Numbered from the stretch's first letter, positions 11,908 through 25,758 are shown. The stretch: DNA of 64,000 nt from Octopus sinensis (GCF_006345805.1 NC_042999.1:91574001-91638000), one strand, 5' to 3'. Made by a program: numbers and translations. The notes: generated by a model not told the origin, from the sequence alone.

Positions 11908-12189
11908 ATATAAATATGCATATATATACATGTACACACACACATACATACACACACGCACAAACACACACACATATATATACACACACATATACATGTG
12001 TGTACTCGTGGAGAAAGTTACGTAAATTATGATTAAAAGAAAATTTAAAACAAAAAATAACATCCCTAAAAGTGTGCATTCACCGAATTGTATTTAAGAA
12101 ATCACCTGAAGTCTGACACGGACAAAGAAATAAGCTGTACAAGTGATATATCAATGTCAACGCTATCACCACCACTACCACCATCACCA

Positions 12190-12197
12190 ACCCTTCC

Positions 12198-12252
<55 letters not shown>

Positions 12253-12265
12253 AACTACTACTACT
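12190..12265. repeat. (CTA)n microsatellite
   Basis: Direct reading. Confidence 0.95.
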
Positions 12266-12728
12266 AAATTTTTGCTTTCCATTTTTCTGGTATTGTCGTA
12301 CTAAGTGACTAATTGATTATATCTCGAGTTCTAATCAATATGATTAACACGAAACTTCCTTGATTGATTAAATCTTACATTTACCCAAATCCTTGATCGG
12401 TTTCTAGTGACAAATATGCAAAAACAAAAAAGAAAAGAATCTATGCTTAGCATATCCTTTTTTTTGTCTTTTGTCTTTTATTTAAATCTATTTATTATTT
12501 TTTTTTTTAGAATGTGCAAATATAAAGACATTTTTCAAAGCTGTGAAGACTATTTACAAGATCGATTAATTAATAAACTGAAATCAAATATATGCACTCA
12601 CAAATTTACGCACTCACACACACACACACTCATCAATATATTGTATATATGTGTATATACTATATATATGTATATATGTGTATATATGTATGTATATATA
12701 TATATATATATATATGTATGCATGTATG

Positions 12729-12788
<60 letters not shown>

Positions 12789-12973
12789 GACACACAGACA
12801 TACACAGACACACACACTCAAACATATGCGGGCACACATAAAAGATTTCTTCTGTTTCACTGAAAATACGACTATATTCCACGTTTGATATTTTTTATTA
12901 AAGTTGCATTGTTTAACATATCGTCAAAAGTCCTTCTTTGGAAGAATACATTTTCGGGATCTGTCGATATTTC

Positions 12974-13051
<78 letters not shown>

Positions 13052-13629
13052 ATGTATGTATGTATCCGGCTATCAATCTGTTTGTCTAGTCTACCTATCT
13101 ATCTTTATAAAAGCGGTGTTGAGTTTTACAATTCTGTAAATAATAATAATACTTTAAGCTTATAGCTTAAAACGTATAAACGATGACCATGTGTTGACTA
13201 GAGAAAATAGTGTAATATCGGGGTATATTAGACCTCGACGGAAAAAAAGTGGACATGCTGGTATAAGTGGTAGCACACTTATCGCGAAAATATAGAGATG
13301 TGTGTTGGAGTTACACTCATAAGGAAAAGCCACTTCGTCCGCCGTGGACTTATATGCCCCAATATTTGATTATTTTAGTTTGTCAATACACGGTCATCGC
13401 TTATAAACTTTAAGGTTATAAAATATTCATATTTACACACACACACACACATACACACAGTTGAAATTTATAGAAAAACAGAAGACGAAGACAGGTGTAT
13501 GAACAAATAGCAAGTGTATTAATTTGACGCTCTGGAAAATGAAAATGTCTTCAAGAGAAATGAATAAGAGAAAATAAACAGAGAGAATGAAAAAAAAAAC
13601 TTGTAGATTTCAGCGCTCCAACATGGCGA

Positions 13630-13955
<326 letters not shown>

Positions 13956-15061
13956 ATAGTATAACTAAATTTAATTTGTAATATTTTCTTCTTCTAAATG
14001 AAGCTATAAATATTACTTATATTATCGCTAAAGAGTCTAGAATACTGTGAATTTAATCGTTTATTCTCCAATCCCTTTCACGTTACTGGATTAAATGAAT
14101 ATTTATTAATCCTACACACCGAAAAAGATTTTATAATATAATTAAAGGTTTCGTGATAAGTTATTGATTTGTAATTGAAGAGCCTTAGATGGGAATGAGG
14201 CAAAAAAAAAATAGAGTGATTTGAAGTGAGGCTGCAATAATGAAGGTTTAATCCGGACTGAGCAATTTTAAGCTAAACGAAATTAAAATTAATTCTTTTG
14301 ACTGAGAGCATGCGGTTCTGGGAGAAAGAAGAAAAATGACTCGAAAATACTTTGGTCACGTGATCAATATGACTTCCTCTCCTTTCATTGAGCTTAAAAA
14401 AAAAGCTTATATATTTATAGAAAAATACTATTAATTTCGGAATTTAATGCAAATGAGATTATATGATGGTTATCCATTTCTCAGTTGCCATAAGCGACAT
14501 TGCTGAAAAGAATTTATAGTTATTTTCTTTTACTTGATTTTCATGTGTCCCAATCTTCTATAATTATACCTTTTAACGTATTTTCTTGAAGCATTCTTTT
14601 AACTTTACTTACACTATGTAGTCATCTTATTTCCTTAATTATTAATTCCCATTTCAGTATTTCAATCCGACATTATATCATCATAACGAGCCAATTAACA
14701 TTGATTATATATTAGCATATCAGCAATTAATTAACCTTTTGGGATTAAAATTGAATCCTTCACCTCCACTCGCTATTTACCCTCGGCTTCACCATCGTTA
14801 CAGAATCCATAATATCATATTTTCAACGATATTTGGTCATCATGCAATTTCATAATAATCTTGTCGTTATGGGGCACTATTAATCTCTCCTTTTTTTTTC
14901 TCATAACCACTTGCATTTCTCTCCGCAAATGATGTAATAAAATTAACACACCCGCAGATAAAATTACTGATGCTCACAACCATAACGCCAATTCTATCAC
15001 AAATCAACATACTGCACATCATTATCTCAAGCATATAACTTAATTAAAATTTATAGTTGTT

Positions 15062-15094
15062 TCATCATCATTATTATTTTTGCTGCTGCTGCTG

Positions 15095-15147
<53 letters not shown>

Positions 15148-15175
15148 GCTACTGTTGCTGCTGTTACTGTTGTTG

Positions 15176-15233
<58 letters not shown>
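15062..15233. repeat. Compound trinucleotide microsatellite CAT/TAT/TGC/TAC/TGT/TAT
   Basis: Direct reading. Confidence 0.95.
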
Positions 15234-15234
<1 letters not shown>

Positions 15235-15559
15235 TAAGTAACCTTATTTTTATTTTGTACTTTGATTACGCAGCCGAACGCATCCCTGCGTACCTTGTGT
15301 ACGTACAGTATTTTATTTTTCTATTCTATTGAGATTACTCTCAGTAAGATGAGCACAGGGCTGAGTAGTGCTATTCTTCGCATGTTGCATATAAGTCCAA
15401 TAATTTTTCCCTTATGTATGTGTCAGTATCTTCAATTGCCATTACTGGTTATCCAGACTTTTATATCAAAATAGTTTTTCTATTTGAATAGTTTTTCTGT
15501 TTTACTTAGAGGCACGTTGTTACATATTAGACCAATCACCTTAGATCACTAGCTTCAGA

Positions 15560-16430
15560 ATTAATAGCCATCGCTGGGACGAGGAATTCCGACACACGTG
15601 CCTTAATACCATTTTGGAGACTTTGAGATCTTCGCATCTTTAATTCAGTCTCATGTGGGTGGGGTCAGAGTGGCGATGTTGTTTTCAAAAGCTTGTACTT
15701 TGAGATACTGTTGAATTCCTAGACCCGGGTGGCAGGCTGGCCGTTCTGGTCATGATTTGAAATGAAGGTGGCTCTTTCAGTTTTTGTGTATGCTCCGACT
15801 ACGACAGAGCGGCCAAATTTTTTCTGTCATCTAAAGATTCCCCATTATGTGCTCGGTACTGACTTTAGTGCCACTACTGCAAAAACGATACTGAGGGCGT
15901 TCCATTTGAACTGGGTCGCAAAAAGGCTGTCAACATATGCAGGACAACTCAGAAATCTAGATGATAGCCACCATCATAAAGGAATGTAGATTAAGTCGGA
16001 TAAATCAGTGGGCTTGCAGCTCGGTAACTGGAGAATCAAATGCATGTCGCCAGACAGCGTCGTAGGTTGCTTGACGTATAGCCAGATTAAGTTGCTATAG
16101 GTCTAGAATAGGGTGATATTTCGAGTAGGGTGACCTGTCTTACTTTGAAGTGGGTTGTGAGTGAGCTGTCTCTGAAACTTCGAGCAGAGATGAGATGTAT
16201 AGATAATTTCCGTTCGATACTATTGCCTAAGCCGTTTCTTTCCCGGCTTTTTACCTTGCCACGATGGAGGTTTGCTCGTCATGTTAAGAAGAGAGGCGTT
16301 CTATTTATTAGCTAGCTCGTCTGCTACCAGCACTCCTTGCGCAGAGAGCTTGGTACGACGAGGTTGATGATGCGTAGATATGAGTTAAGGCTGCGGCATC
16401 TATAAAGATTCATCGATGGTGAACAGATAA
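15560..16430 (+). mobile_element. Tx1/L1-like ORF2 5' fragment (APE endonuclease), degenerate
   Basis: Frameshifted DPGGRLAVLV, VYAPT..ERPNFF..LK, VLGTDFSA, and GNWRIKC (cf. GYWKLN). GC-richer than the flanks. Confidence 0.7.
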
Positions 16431-17439
16431 GTGCAACGTCTTCCCATAACCCATCACTTTGACAAAGTTAGAGCTCTGAGTCAAAAGAAGACAAAGGCTG
16501 GACACTAGAATATTGACAGGTGATGCCAGCCATCAACAATTTGTACGATTTGTAGACACCTGCCATCCACAAATCATTTACTGCTATCGGTGAAAGCTCT
16601 ATAAAGGATAGGGGATGGGAAAGAGCGGCTGTATTCTTTGGGGAAAATCTGGGTATCAAATCACCTGTCCATTTCTATTTTAATCCCATGTAATTCCATC
16701 GTGGTTCCAAGCCTTATACTACGTACATTTATACATTCTGCATTTAGTACAACTATATCTAGCGAAGAATAGGAAAGGAAAACGTCATTCATTTTGATGT
16801 TTGTGAACACTGAGAAAACTGTTTTTAACACAAAGTCTCTCTAATGCATTTTTAACTCACTTCTTCAGGAGAGGCTAAATGTTGAAAGGGTTTTTAGTTT
16901 TCAGTGCTTTTTGTAGGTTTCTGTGACCCATTGTTTAAGAAGATTGTCTGGTGTGGTTTGTAGAATTTCTTCAAAATACTCCCCAAGTGAAACCTGTTTT
17001 TGTTATTTACTACGTTCTCCGTCAAATTGCTGCCTGCTCAATCAACGACATTTAAATTTAGGATGGGCTTTCATGCTTGTGTGATCGGTTGTTGGTCTTC
17101 TTATTGCTTTTAGTTCTGCAGTTGGTTTTACTAGTTTTTTTCGTTCTTTCTTTTGTGATTGTTTTTATGATTATATTTGCGGCTTTTGTTTATATAGTTT
17201 TTTCTTGCTACTGCTGCTGCTGTAGTTGCCACATCTGCTGTTGTATTTGAAGAGTCAACATGTGATTCGTGGTACTGCATATGCGATACATTTTCCCCTC
17301 CACAAACAGCTAGGCTCCGTTTGATAATTCGATCAGTTCAGAGATACTGTCAATTCTCCCTGTTTTGCTGGGACTAAGGAATTCTATGCTTATCTCCAAA
17401 CAAGTTTCTTTTTCTGTCTTTTGTATTACTAGAATGCTA

Positions 17440-17875
17440 ATTTTATCTGCATCAGACAACCGTTATCAGCAATCACTTGCTTATATGTGCCATTCGCCTT
17501 TTTCACCCGTCTCTTCAGAGACGGCTTCTTCTCCGGCCATTTCTGGGTGAGACTGACCACCCTGCTTGTTACATCTCCGTAATTCTTTTCCATCTGGAGG
17601 TCCGGAACAAATATGACACCGAGCGTTTTAACCGCCACAGTTCTCAGCATTGGAAATTTTCCCAGGGGTAGACATCAACCAAGAGGTCACCGAGCAAGTC
17701 TGGCATATGAAGATCAAGCTCGAAGGGCAGACCATCCAATCCCGGAGACTTCTCCTTTTTCAGATAGTCATCACGTCCCGTAGGTCTTCAACTGTTATCG
17801 GCATTCCGCAGAACATCTCATCCCTGTCCGAAAGGTGAAGTGCGCCGTCGAGGTAGGAAGTAAGGACCTTTGTGG
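17440..17875 (-). mobile_element. Tx1/L1-like RT remnant with large internal deletion
   Basis: (K)SPGLDGLPFEL..MPDLLGDLLVDVY joined at about 17640 directly to VKTLGVIFVPDLQMEKNY..VTSRVVSLTQKW..KKPSLKRR. Confidence 0.75.
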
Positions 17876-18249
17876 TTTTCGTCAATGTTTACAATTTTGT
17901 TACAAATGTTTTCAAATTCGGTATATGGATTAAGTTTTGTATGATAATTATGAAAGTGAAATTCATTTTTTCTATAAATCTATAATTAAAATGTTATTAG
18001 CCTTTAAAATTTGCAAAATAGGAGTATTTTAGCCAATCAAAAGTGAGTATATTACACATAAACGTGGCGAAAATTTCTGAGTCCGTAGTAACCAAAGATG
18101 CTGCGCATGCACACAAGGAGGAGAAGGAAATACGAGAAAGATAATCTACTATAATAATACTCTTGTGTTTTTCTCTGTCACAACATATGAATGGGAAAGG
18201 AAGGGATGATAGATGAATAAGGAAGGAAGGGGTGATGGCAAACTTTTAG

Positions 18250-19200
18250 TGGGAGCGTTTCAACTTTGTATGAGCGTATGTGTGTGTATGTAAAAGGGAG
18301 GTATGTGAATGTTTGTGTGTACATGTGTGTGTGTGTGTGTGTGTGCAATGGAAGTGAGATGGTGAAATTCAACGCTGAAAAGAGAAATCAAACAGTGTTT
18401 CAACTCTGTGTGCTTAACATTGAAGAATTGATCAAGATCCAAACTCGCTGCCAGCATGTTGTTCTCTATACCTCTTCTAACTTCCTAACCGGTCCCCCTC
18501 CATTCTATATTCCTCAAGCACTTTTTGTTTATTAAACGCTACCGACTCCACTCTAGTAGCCCTTTTCAGGGCCAGACATATGTCTTTTAATAGGATATAC
18601 ATTCAATACAGTTCAGATCCTTTAGCAGCCGTTACTGCGAATGTATTGCAGTCGTTCTTGTTGTTGATGTTGTTATTGCTATTCACGTTGGAAACATTGC
18701 TGCCATGTGTGTTGCCGAGACTACGGAATTACAACCGTGTTTCGTGGTCTGCTGCCACAACAGCTCCTTCATAGGATCCAGTTAGCTCAAGACATCATCA
18801 GGAGGAACCACGTCCGGTTTCGGCCCCTACTTCTCTACCATTTTGACGTGGCGGGGCCCCTCTTTCGGAAGTGTCTTCAGCTCTGGTGTTGCGTGCATGT
18901 CTTCTTTCTTCTTCTTTCTTCTGTTCCCTGGCCTCTTCGATGTATCGTCAGCGAGAGTCCGCCGGTGACTGACTGACTTGTCAAATTTTCCCCTTTAAAT
19001 ACCTGCCGACACGCTCCAGTAGTCAGCCACAGCAATTTGTCACGTGACACTGTCTCACCTTAACTGACTAGTGAAGGCGCGTAGTTTTAGCCCGTGCATT
19101 CTCTAAACGATCGTCACCTGTCAGTCAGCGAAGCTGATTCAGTGTCAGCTTGTCTCACCTAGTGATGTTATTTCCCGCTGGCATGTTATGACTTTCAAGC
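18250..19200 (-). mobile_element. Putative LINE (Tx1-like) 5' region and ORF1 remnant
   Basis: Degenerate ORF with EQKKEEERR, N/T-rich linker, NTFAVTAAK..LLKDICLA. Same strand as, and upstream of, the RT remnant. Homologous to 22295-22720. Confidence 0.4.
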
Positions 19201-19209
19201 CATTTTCGG

Positions 19210-19720
19210 TTTTCCCGTTTCAGCTATATATATAGAAGCTGGCTTTTTCGACCGCCTCCTGTACTCTCCTTAGTAGTTTTCGCAGCTCGGAGCTAGAAAA
19301 AGCAAATCTTCTTTTTAAAAGCGTTGTCATTTTCCTTTCAATGAAGCTTCTAACCCCCACTGCCAGGTGATAATATTCGACATTCCATCCCTGTTCTCTG
19401 CATTCTTCGATTAGCTTTTCGCACCTCTTCTCCTTTCGTTCCTCTGCATTACCGATGTTCTCTTCCCAAGGTACTGTCACTTCTAGTAAAATTCCTATTC
19501 TCCGGTATCTGTTCCATAGGACTAAATCTGGTCTTTTTGTTGTTTTTATTAGTGGAAATATTACTTGTCTTTCCAAGTCCGTGGCCAACTCCCAGTATCC
19601 CTTCCATCTTTCGTCTATCTCGTATACTTTACTTGTAGGCCTGGTTTTATATCCTTTTCCCTCCTTGTGGAAGTATACTTTCCTGCGCTTTTCTAGTTTT
19701 GTTGTTATTTTTTCCTTCTA
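19210..19720 (-). mobile_element. Hero-like REL endonuclease fragment of a non-LTR retrotransposon
   Basis: WELATDLERQVIFPLIKTTKRPDLVLW..ILLEVTVPWEENIGNAEERKEKRCEKLIEECREQGW..VGVRSF..AVEKASFYI. Confidence 0.85.
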
Positions 19721-20311
19721 TCATTTTTTGTTGTTGCAGTGGGAAAGGTGATGGAGTTTGGGAAGGCTGCATTCGTGGTCGTATTGTTAACCTTGTTGGT
19801 TGATGTTTGTGGTATTGTCACTTTCATTAGGGCGGAAGTAAATTTTAGAGTTGGAATTAAATTCCGTGCTGTGTTATTGTTGTTGCTGCTGGTGCTGTGA
19901 ATCGTCTAAGCAGTAGCACGATCCACTAGACTTTGAACTTGATGCGTGTTTGCCTCCCTTCCATTTGAGGGTTAAAGGCGGAGGACTCTGAAATGTATTG
20001 CAACCCACTATCAAAGCTACCTCTGACTTCTCTCTCCATGTTTCTACGCACAAAGGACATCGCCCACCAAAAAGGGAAAATTTTCTTTTGGAATTTGATT
20101 CCTCAAAAAACCAGAAATAAACAAACCCACCAGACCTCTGCAGTGCTAATGGTTTTAACAAACGTTTTGTAGCGGAAATTAAACAATTAACAACTTTCAA
20201 GGACTCAAATAAACAGATAAATTACGAGCAATGCGACACGCATCGACCAGTAATAATAATAATAAAATAATAATAATAATAATGATAATAATAATAATAA
20301 TAATAATAATA

Positions 20312-20361
<50 letters not shown>

Positions 20362-20363
<2 letters not shown>

Positions 20364-20537
20364 GGTTTCAAATTTTGGCACAATGCCAGCAAATTTCGGG
20401 GAGGGGCAAAGTCGATTATATCAATCCCAGAGTTCAACTGGTAGATACTTTATCGACCTCGAAATGTTGAAAGGCAAAGTAGAACCCGGCGGAATTTGAA
20501 CCCACGTTGTAAAGACAGATGAAATGCCGCTAAGCAT
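20362..20537 (-). mobile_element. Meta-like SINE, 5'-truncated, (AAT)n tail
   Basis: aaattttggcacaatgccagcaa tail and tttatcgacc.cgaaa.g.tgaaaggcaaagt body. Confidence 0.85.
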
Positions 20538-20554
20538 AATAAAAATTATTGCAG

Positions 20555-22140
20555 TTCAAATCTAAGTATGAACGAGACCAACCACCGTCCACACGTTGAT
20601 GGAATGCCATCATCAGTTTTTAAGTTTCAATTTTATAACAGGCGAAAAGGAAAAGACAGAAAAAAGGAGGAAAGAAAAAGAAAAAGAATATTTAATCAAC
20701 CAGCTTTGTGCTAATTTGAGGATATTCTCCGATCATTTTATTCATTCCTCCAGGGCGTGATGTTAATAATCTGCAAACATGTTTCCCCTCATGCATTTTG
20801 AGAAATAAGTGAAGTAGATTCAGAATATTTTCTGAGAATATGTACTTTCAAGTCTTTTCCAAAATTGCAGCCGTTTGAAGCAAAATGTTCAGCAAGTTCT
20901 TTCAAACTACTGTTATTGTACCTGACATCATATCTGTGCCCATTAGGTCTTTTGCATAATTGTTCTGTTGTACAAACAGCATAGATTAACTCGAGTTTCG
21001 CGCATTCTACCGCGTACACCAAATGGGAATCTCTACATGTCCCACCTTCTTTATAAATCATAACATTTCTGTTATGATTCCTGATGGAATTCACTTGACT
21101 CATATTGTTGCACAATGAACAGGGCTTACCTCCCTTGCGGCTGTTTTACAAGGTACAGCATGCAGATACTCCAATGCTGCTTTTTTTTTTAGTCAGAAAT
21201 AGAGCTCAATAATTCTGTTATATTCTTATTCCGCCTATTGGCTACAAGAATCGGCTGAGGGAATATCTGTTTGAAACGAGGATGTTTTTCGCCACATGCT
21301 GGTAGCTTTTATGCGACAGTTTTAGGTGCCAGTTGATCGCTTAATGCATTCTGTGATCTATTGTATTGCATTTGCTAAAATTATGCGTGAAGGTTTGACT
21401 ATCTTTGCTAATCTTAGCTATTTCATTAGCTATTTCCTTTAATCACTGTAACCGCGATTGACATAATGACGTACAAAAACATTTGCATGTTTTCAGTAAT
21501 TCACTATGTCAGTACAAATCCGTTTTATACTTAGGATTTCGGATTTGACTGAATTATGTAATGTGGATGATCCGAGCGGCGGTGGAGGTAAATATGCGAT
21601 GACGTGGGGTTGCAAAATAACTCTGTAACTATTCTGCCTCCAGAAAACTTAACTTTTGTTACGGTTTATAGATGATGGCTTTCTTGTCTGAGAAGGATCA
21701 TAGGATAGTTTAATGGACTTCTTGCATTTCTGCGACTGTTATACTAAAAACTATGGATTTAAGTACAACCTAAAATTTACGTCTAGTTTTTCAAAAACTA
21801 ACGTTGAATTTTTGGACACAAAAGTTTTTTTTTGTTTTTTTTTTTGTAACCAAGGATGTTTCTTCCTCATATTTCAATATTGACCACGATTAAGGGATGG
21901 ATACATGGATGCCTTCGAAAAGCAGCAGTCAAACAAAAGTATTCCATCAGATTTTCTCTGAAGGTTATTGAGGTTTGTGTTACAATGTAACACAATGAAG
22001 TTTGGATAAAAATTTTACCACCGGACAAGGGTTTGCCCCATGGGTACCCCGATGGCAGATAATTTCGCTAACGTCTTCATGAAGAAATTCGAGACGCAGT
22101 TATTGAAGAGATTCAAATCCTTACATGGCAAAAAACAAAA
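20555..22140. mobile_element. Penelope-like element copy 2, internally scrambled
   Basis: 20555-21659 on minus matches copy 1 (GIY-YIG ORF 20789-21115). 21658-21826 on plus reads RFIDD..KFTSSFSKTNVEFLDTKV. About 21850-22130 on plus reads DVSS..NIDH..GTPMADNFANVFMKKFE. Confidence 0.9.
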
Positions 22141-22294
22141 AAAAACAAAACAAAAAACAGTTTTCGACATGGCTTCGGTGCTTAAAAAAGTTGTTGATTT
22201 TAGACACAAAATCAAAAATATCCCGAATATAGGAACTTGATCTTTTTGCGACAGGAAGTAGAAAGCCATGAAGCCATTCCGAAATCTTGGCGTT

Positions 22295-22720
22295 TTAATT
22301 CAACTGATCAGCTAGACACATGTCTTTCTGAAGTAAATGTTCCAAGCTTTTCGTCGCTGTTGCAGCGAATGTATTGTTGATATTGTTGTCCTTTATAACT
22401 ACAACGATGTTATTCGTTGTAGTGGTGGTGTTGGTGGTGGAGTCGGTTGTTGTCGTGATGCAATTACTACGTGCTGTCTTGGTGATGTCGGAATCGGTTG
22501 TGGTCGTGATACTGCTGTATGCAGGGAATTCAGCTTCGTAGTCTATGATGTTGCTGTATTTGCTGCTGCTTCTATTGGTTGATGTCTTGGCAATTTCGTG
22601 CACGAGAATTTGAACCTGCTATGTGCTCCCCTTCTATTTATGGGTAGTAGGCGGAAGGCACTACGGCGCCTTGACCCTCTCTATCTGATGCACCGCTAAT
22701 CTCTTCTTCTATGTCCTTCA
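22295..22720 (-). mobile_element. Second ORF1-like remnant of the family at 18250-19200
   Basis: NNINNTFAATATKSLEHLLQKDMCLA versus NDCNTFAVTAAKGSEL..LLKDICLA. Confidence 0.4.
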
Positions 22721-22934
22721 CCATATTTGTTTTATTTTTTAAATTAATTTTTGAAGCAATTATCTTGAGATTACAGCATCCAATGGGGCACTAACAACTC
22801 AAAACAACCAACATATGCAAAAGTGGTGCTTTGGATAAACGTTTAGTAACAAAATAAGTGCTTAACAACTTTTGGGAACAAAACTTAGGGCGAAAATCTT
22901 ACGAGCGTACATATACGTTCATTCCGTCAGGGCG

Positions 22935-23052
<118 letters not shown>

Positions 23053-23469
23053 AGGTTTAACATGTGAAAGCGATAAAACACTGCTCCGAAAGCTATCCAA
23101 AACCATCGGGAATAATGACATCATATGGAGCCAAAAATAACTGACAGAGTGTTGGACTATATCCAAATAATACTCATTCAAATTTATTTCTATTTTCCAA
23201 AGAAAATGATTTATTTTAACTGGATATCATCTCCAGTACTCGCACAGCACATGTACACATGCTCACCACATTACGATCCAATCAACACCAGACCATCTCC
23301 GTCTCCAAACGCCATGCACAAAAAGTTTTTTTAAATAAAATGAATAATACCGTTATTATTGAACTCAAGAATAACAATCGGGAAGTAGTACTTTAACCTT
23401 GGTTCCCTTTTTTCTTTTATCTACCACAGCAACGTGTGGTCTTAGACAATCGATTAGGGAGTCATAATG

Positions 23470-23948
23470 GATTGTAAAATCCCACTGGATATTATGACTA
23501 CCCGTCTGATAAGGGTACATCAGGCACATGCATCACAACCATATGTGCGCGGCATAGTGATCTCACATCAAGATAAACAGAGCATGATCCTGCAGGTGGG
23601 GTCCTAGTTAGAATTTTCTTCGGATCGAGTAGCCCATCCCGCTCAAAAGGTCCCTGGAAAGGGTTGTTTGAGGATGTTGGACAAAACACCCATGTTTCCA
23701 AAGGTGAATTATCCACACATGGCTATGATACTCCCTTATTACTTCTGCTCGTGATCAGAGATGCTCATATCGTCAACCACCAAGGGACATACTCATCTGG
23801 TTAAGCAACTGACAAGCAAATCTGTGGTAATGAGTATAATATTTGCTGTAGCCCATCTTTTATACCAAGACAAAACAATGTATATGATAACACTTGCAAC
23901 CAATTGAGATCAGAAGCCATGGGAGCTACTACCTTGTACCACATCAGG

Positions 23949-23950
<2 letters not shown>
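23470..23950 (-). repeat. Unclassified interspersed repeat, inverse copy of 9660-10050 with extra 5' part
   Basis: Reverse-complement homology to 9660-10000. Abuts a (TAT)n/(TAG)n tract at 23950-24040. Confidence 0.75.
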
Positions 23951-23990
<40 letters not shown>

Positions 23991-25516
23991 TATTATTATT
24001 ATTATTAGTAGTAGTAGTAGTAGTAGTAGTAGTAGCAGCAGCATTACGTACAAAAATTTGGAAGAATATTAACCTGCATAATAGATTTTGATAAAAACAT
24101 GATAGCATGCCTAAATGAAGTGATACATTCCAAATGGAGAATTTCAAGCGAAAGCTGTTTCACAATCAAAGAATATACTATTCATGCATACACGCACAGA
24201 GTCGAAAACACACACATTCATTGACACACATACTCATACACACAAAAACTTATGCATATATACATACTCTAAAATAAGCGGTCACGAATGGAACTTTACA
24301 GAAACGGAAATGGCGTGCTTAAGCTGAAGAAAATCTCGATAATGGAGAAGACAAATTTATTATTCTTGTATGTGTGTGTGTTATTCCATTTTCGCCACCA
24401 CCCTTTGTTTTCCTGATTTTGAAAGAGTTAGTTTTAATGTGGTTACTTCCCTTCTTTAAAAATCACCATAATCAACTTACGTGTGAACTCGCTTGTTAAT
24501 TTCCATAACAATCTATCAATGCTGCCGATTATAACATGAAACCAATCTCAAAAAATAAACTGCTATAACATGAACATACAAGTGGTATTATATAATTGTG
24601 TGTTTGTGCATGCATTATTTATATATGTATGTATATGTGTGTGCGTGCTTGTGCGTGTGTGTTGTAATATATACTTACACAGGTACGAGAAACAAGTTAA
24701 AAATAATGGTTATTGCATGATATATTTATTAGAGTAAATTTGTCTTACAGCTGTTTCCAGTAGTTTTATAGGTACATTACCGATATGTTTATCAGTAATG
24801 TACCAATAATGACTGCAGGAAACAACGGTAAGCCTAATTTGCTCTGATAAAGGAATTATATGCAAATGACAATTATTTTAAACTTGTTTCTTATATGTCA
24901 CTCTGTAAAAACCAGTTTATCGGAAGTTCATCCACGGATTTACAATATAGAATGGCGATGAATCCTAACTTGGAACCCTACCAGAAGATTACTTGGGGTT
25001 CTTCATTAATGTAATGAATACTATTTGTCTGGTCTGCCAACAGAGAGTTTATGATAATCTCTCACTATTTGTTTATACACACAGATATACACATAAACAT
25101 CTATGTATACGATGGCTGTCGACTCGTTAATGGAGTATAACTTTGCTCAACACAATCACTGATAGACTTCGTACACACAGGCACCGAACTAGTTAAAAAC
25201 CAACAACATGCGAACTCGAAGGTAATATGGAATTTGAATATTTACAGTTTTAAATCACTAGAGGATGGTTAGAGATAGTCTATGTGCTATTCGACCGGAA
25301 ATGAATCTTTAGTCCAACAAGTGATTTACAAATTTCTTCACACAGAGGACATGAAAGTGTTTGATTTCGTTGTAAAGACTCTTGGAAGTTGTTATTGTGA
25401 CATTTTATGCCAAAGCAGGTTATGTGTGTATGTGTATATATACTTAGCTTGGCAGTGCATGTGTTCTCGTAGAAAGGCTAAAGTCACTGTCCCATAATGT
25501 TTAATATCATTATTAT

Positions 25517-25720
25517 AGGCTCAGACATAGCTGTGTGGTAAGTTGGTTGCTTCTCACCACATGGTCCCAGTTTCAGTCTCTCTGTGTGGCAACTTGGGCA
25601 AATGTCTTCTACTATAGCCTCACCCAGACCAAAGTAATATGAGTGGATTGTAGATGGAAATTGAAAGAAACCCGCCGAATATATATATTCTCTCTCTATA
25701 TATATATACACCGTCATATT

Positions 25721-25758
<38 letters not shown>

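Noticed and set aside
16860-17430. Possible degenerate LINE N-terminal region on the minus strand
   Set aside because: Too decayed to find a diagnostic motif.
19874-20200. CPLCVETW..LIVGCNTF resembling a RING start
   Set aside because: The remaining zinc ligands are absent and there is no exon structure.
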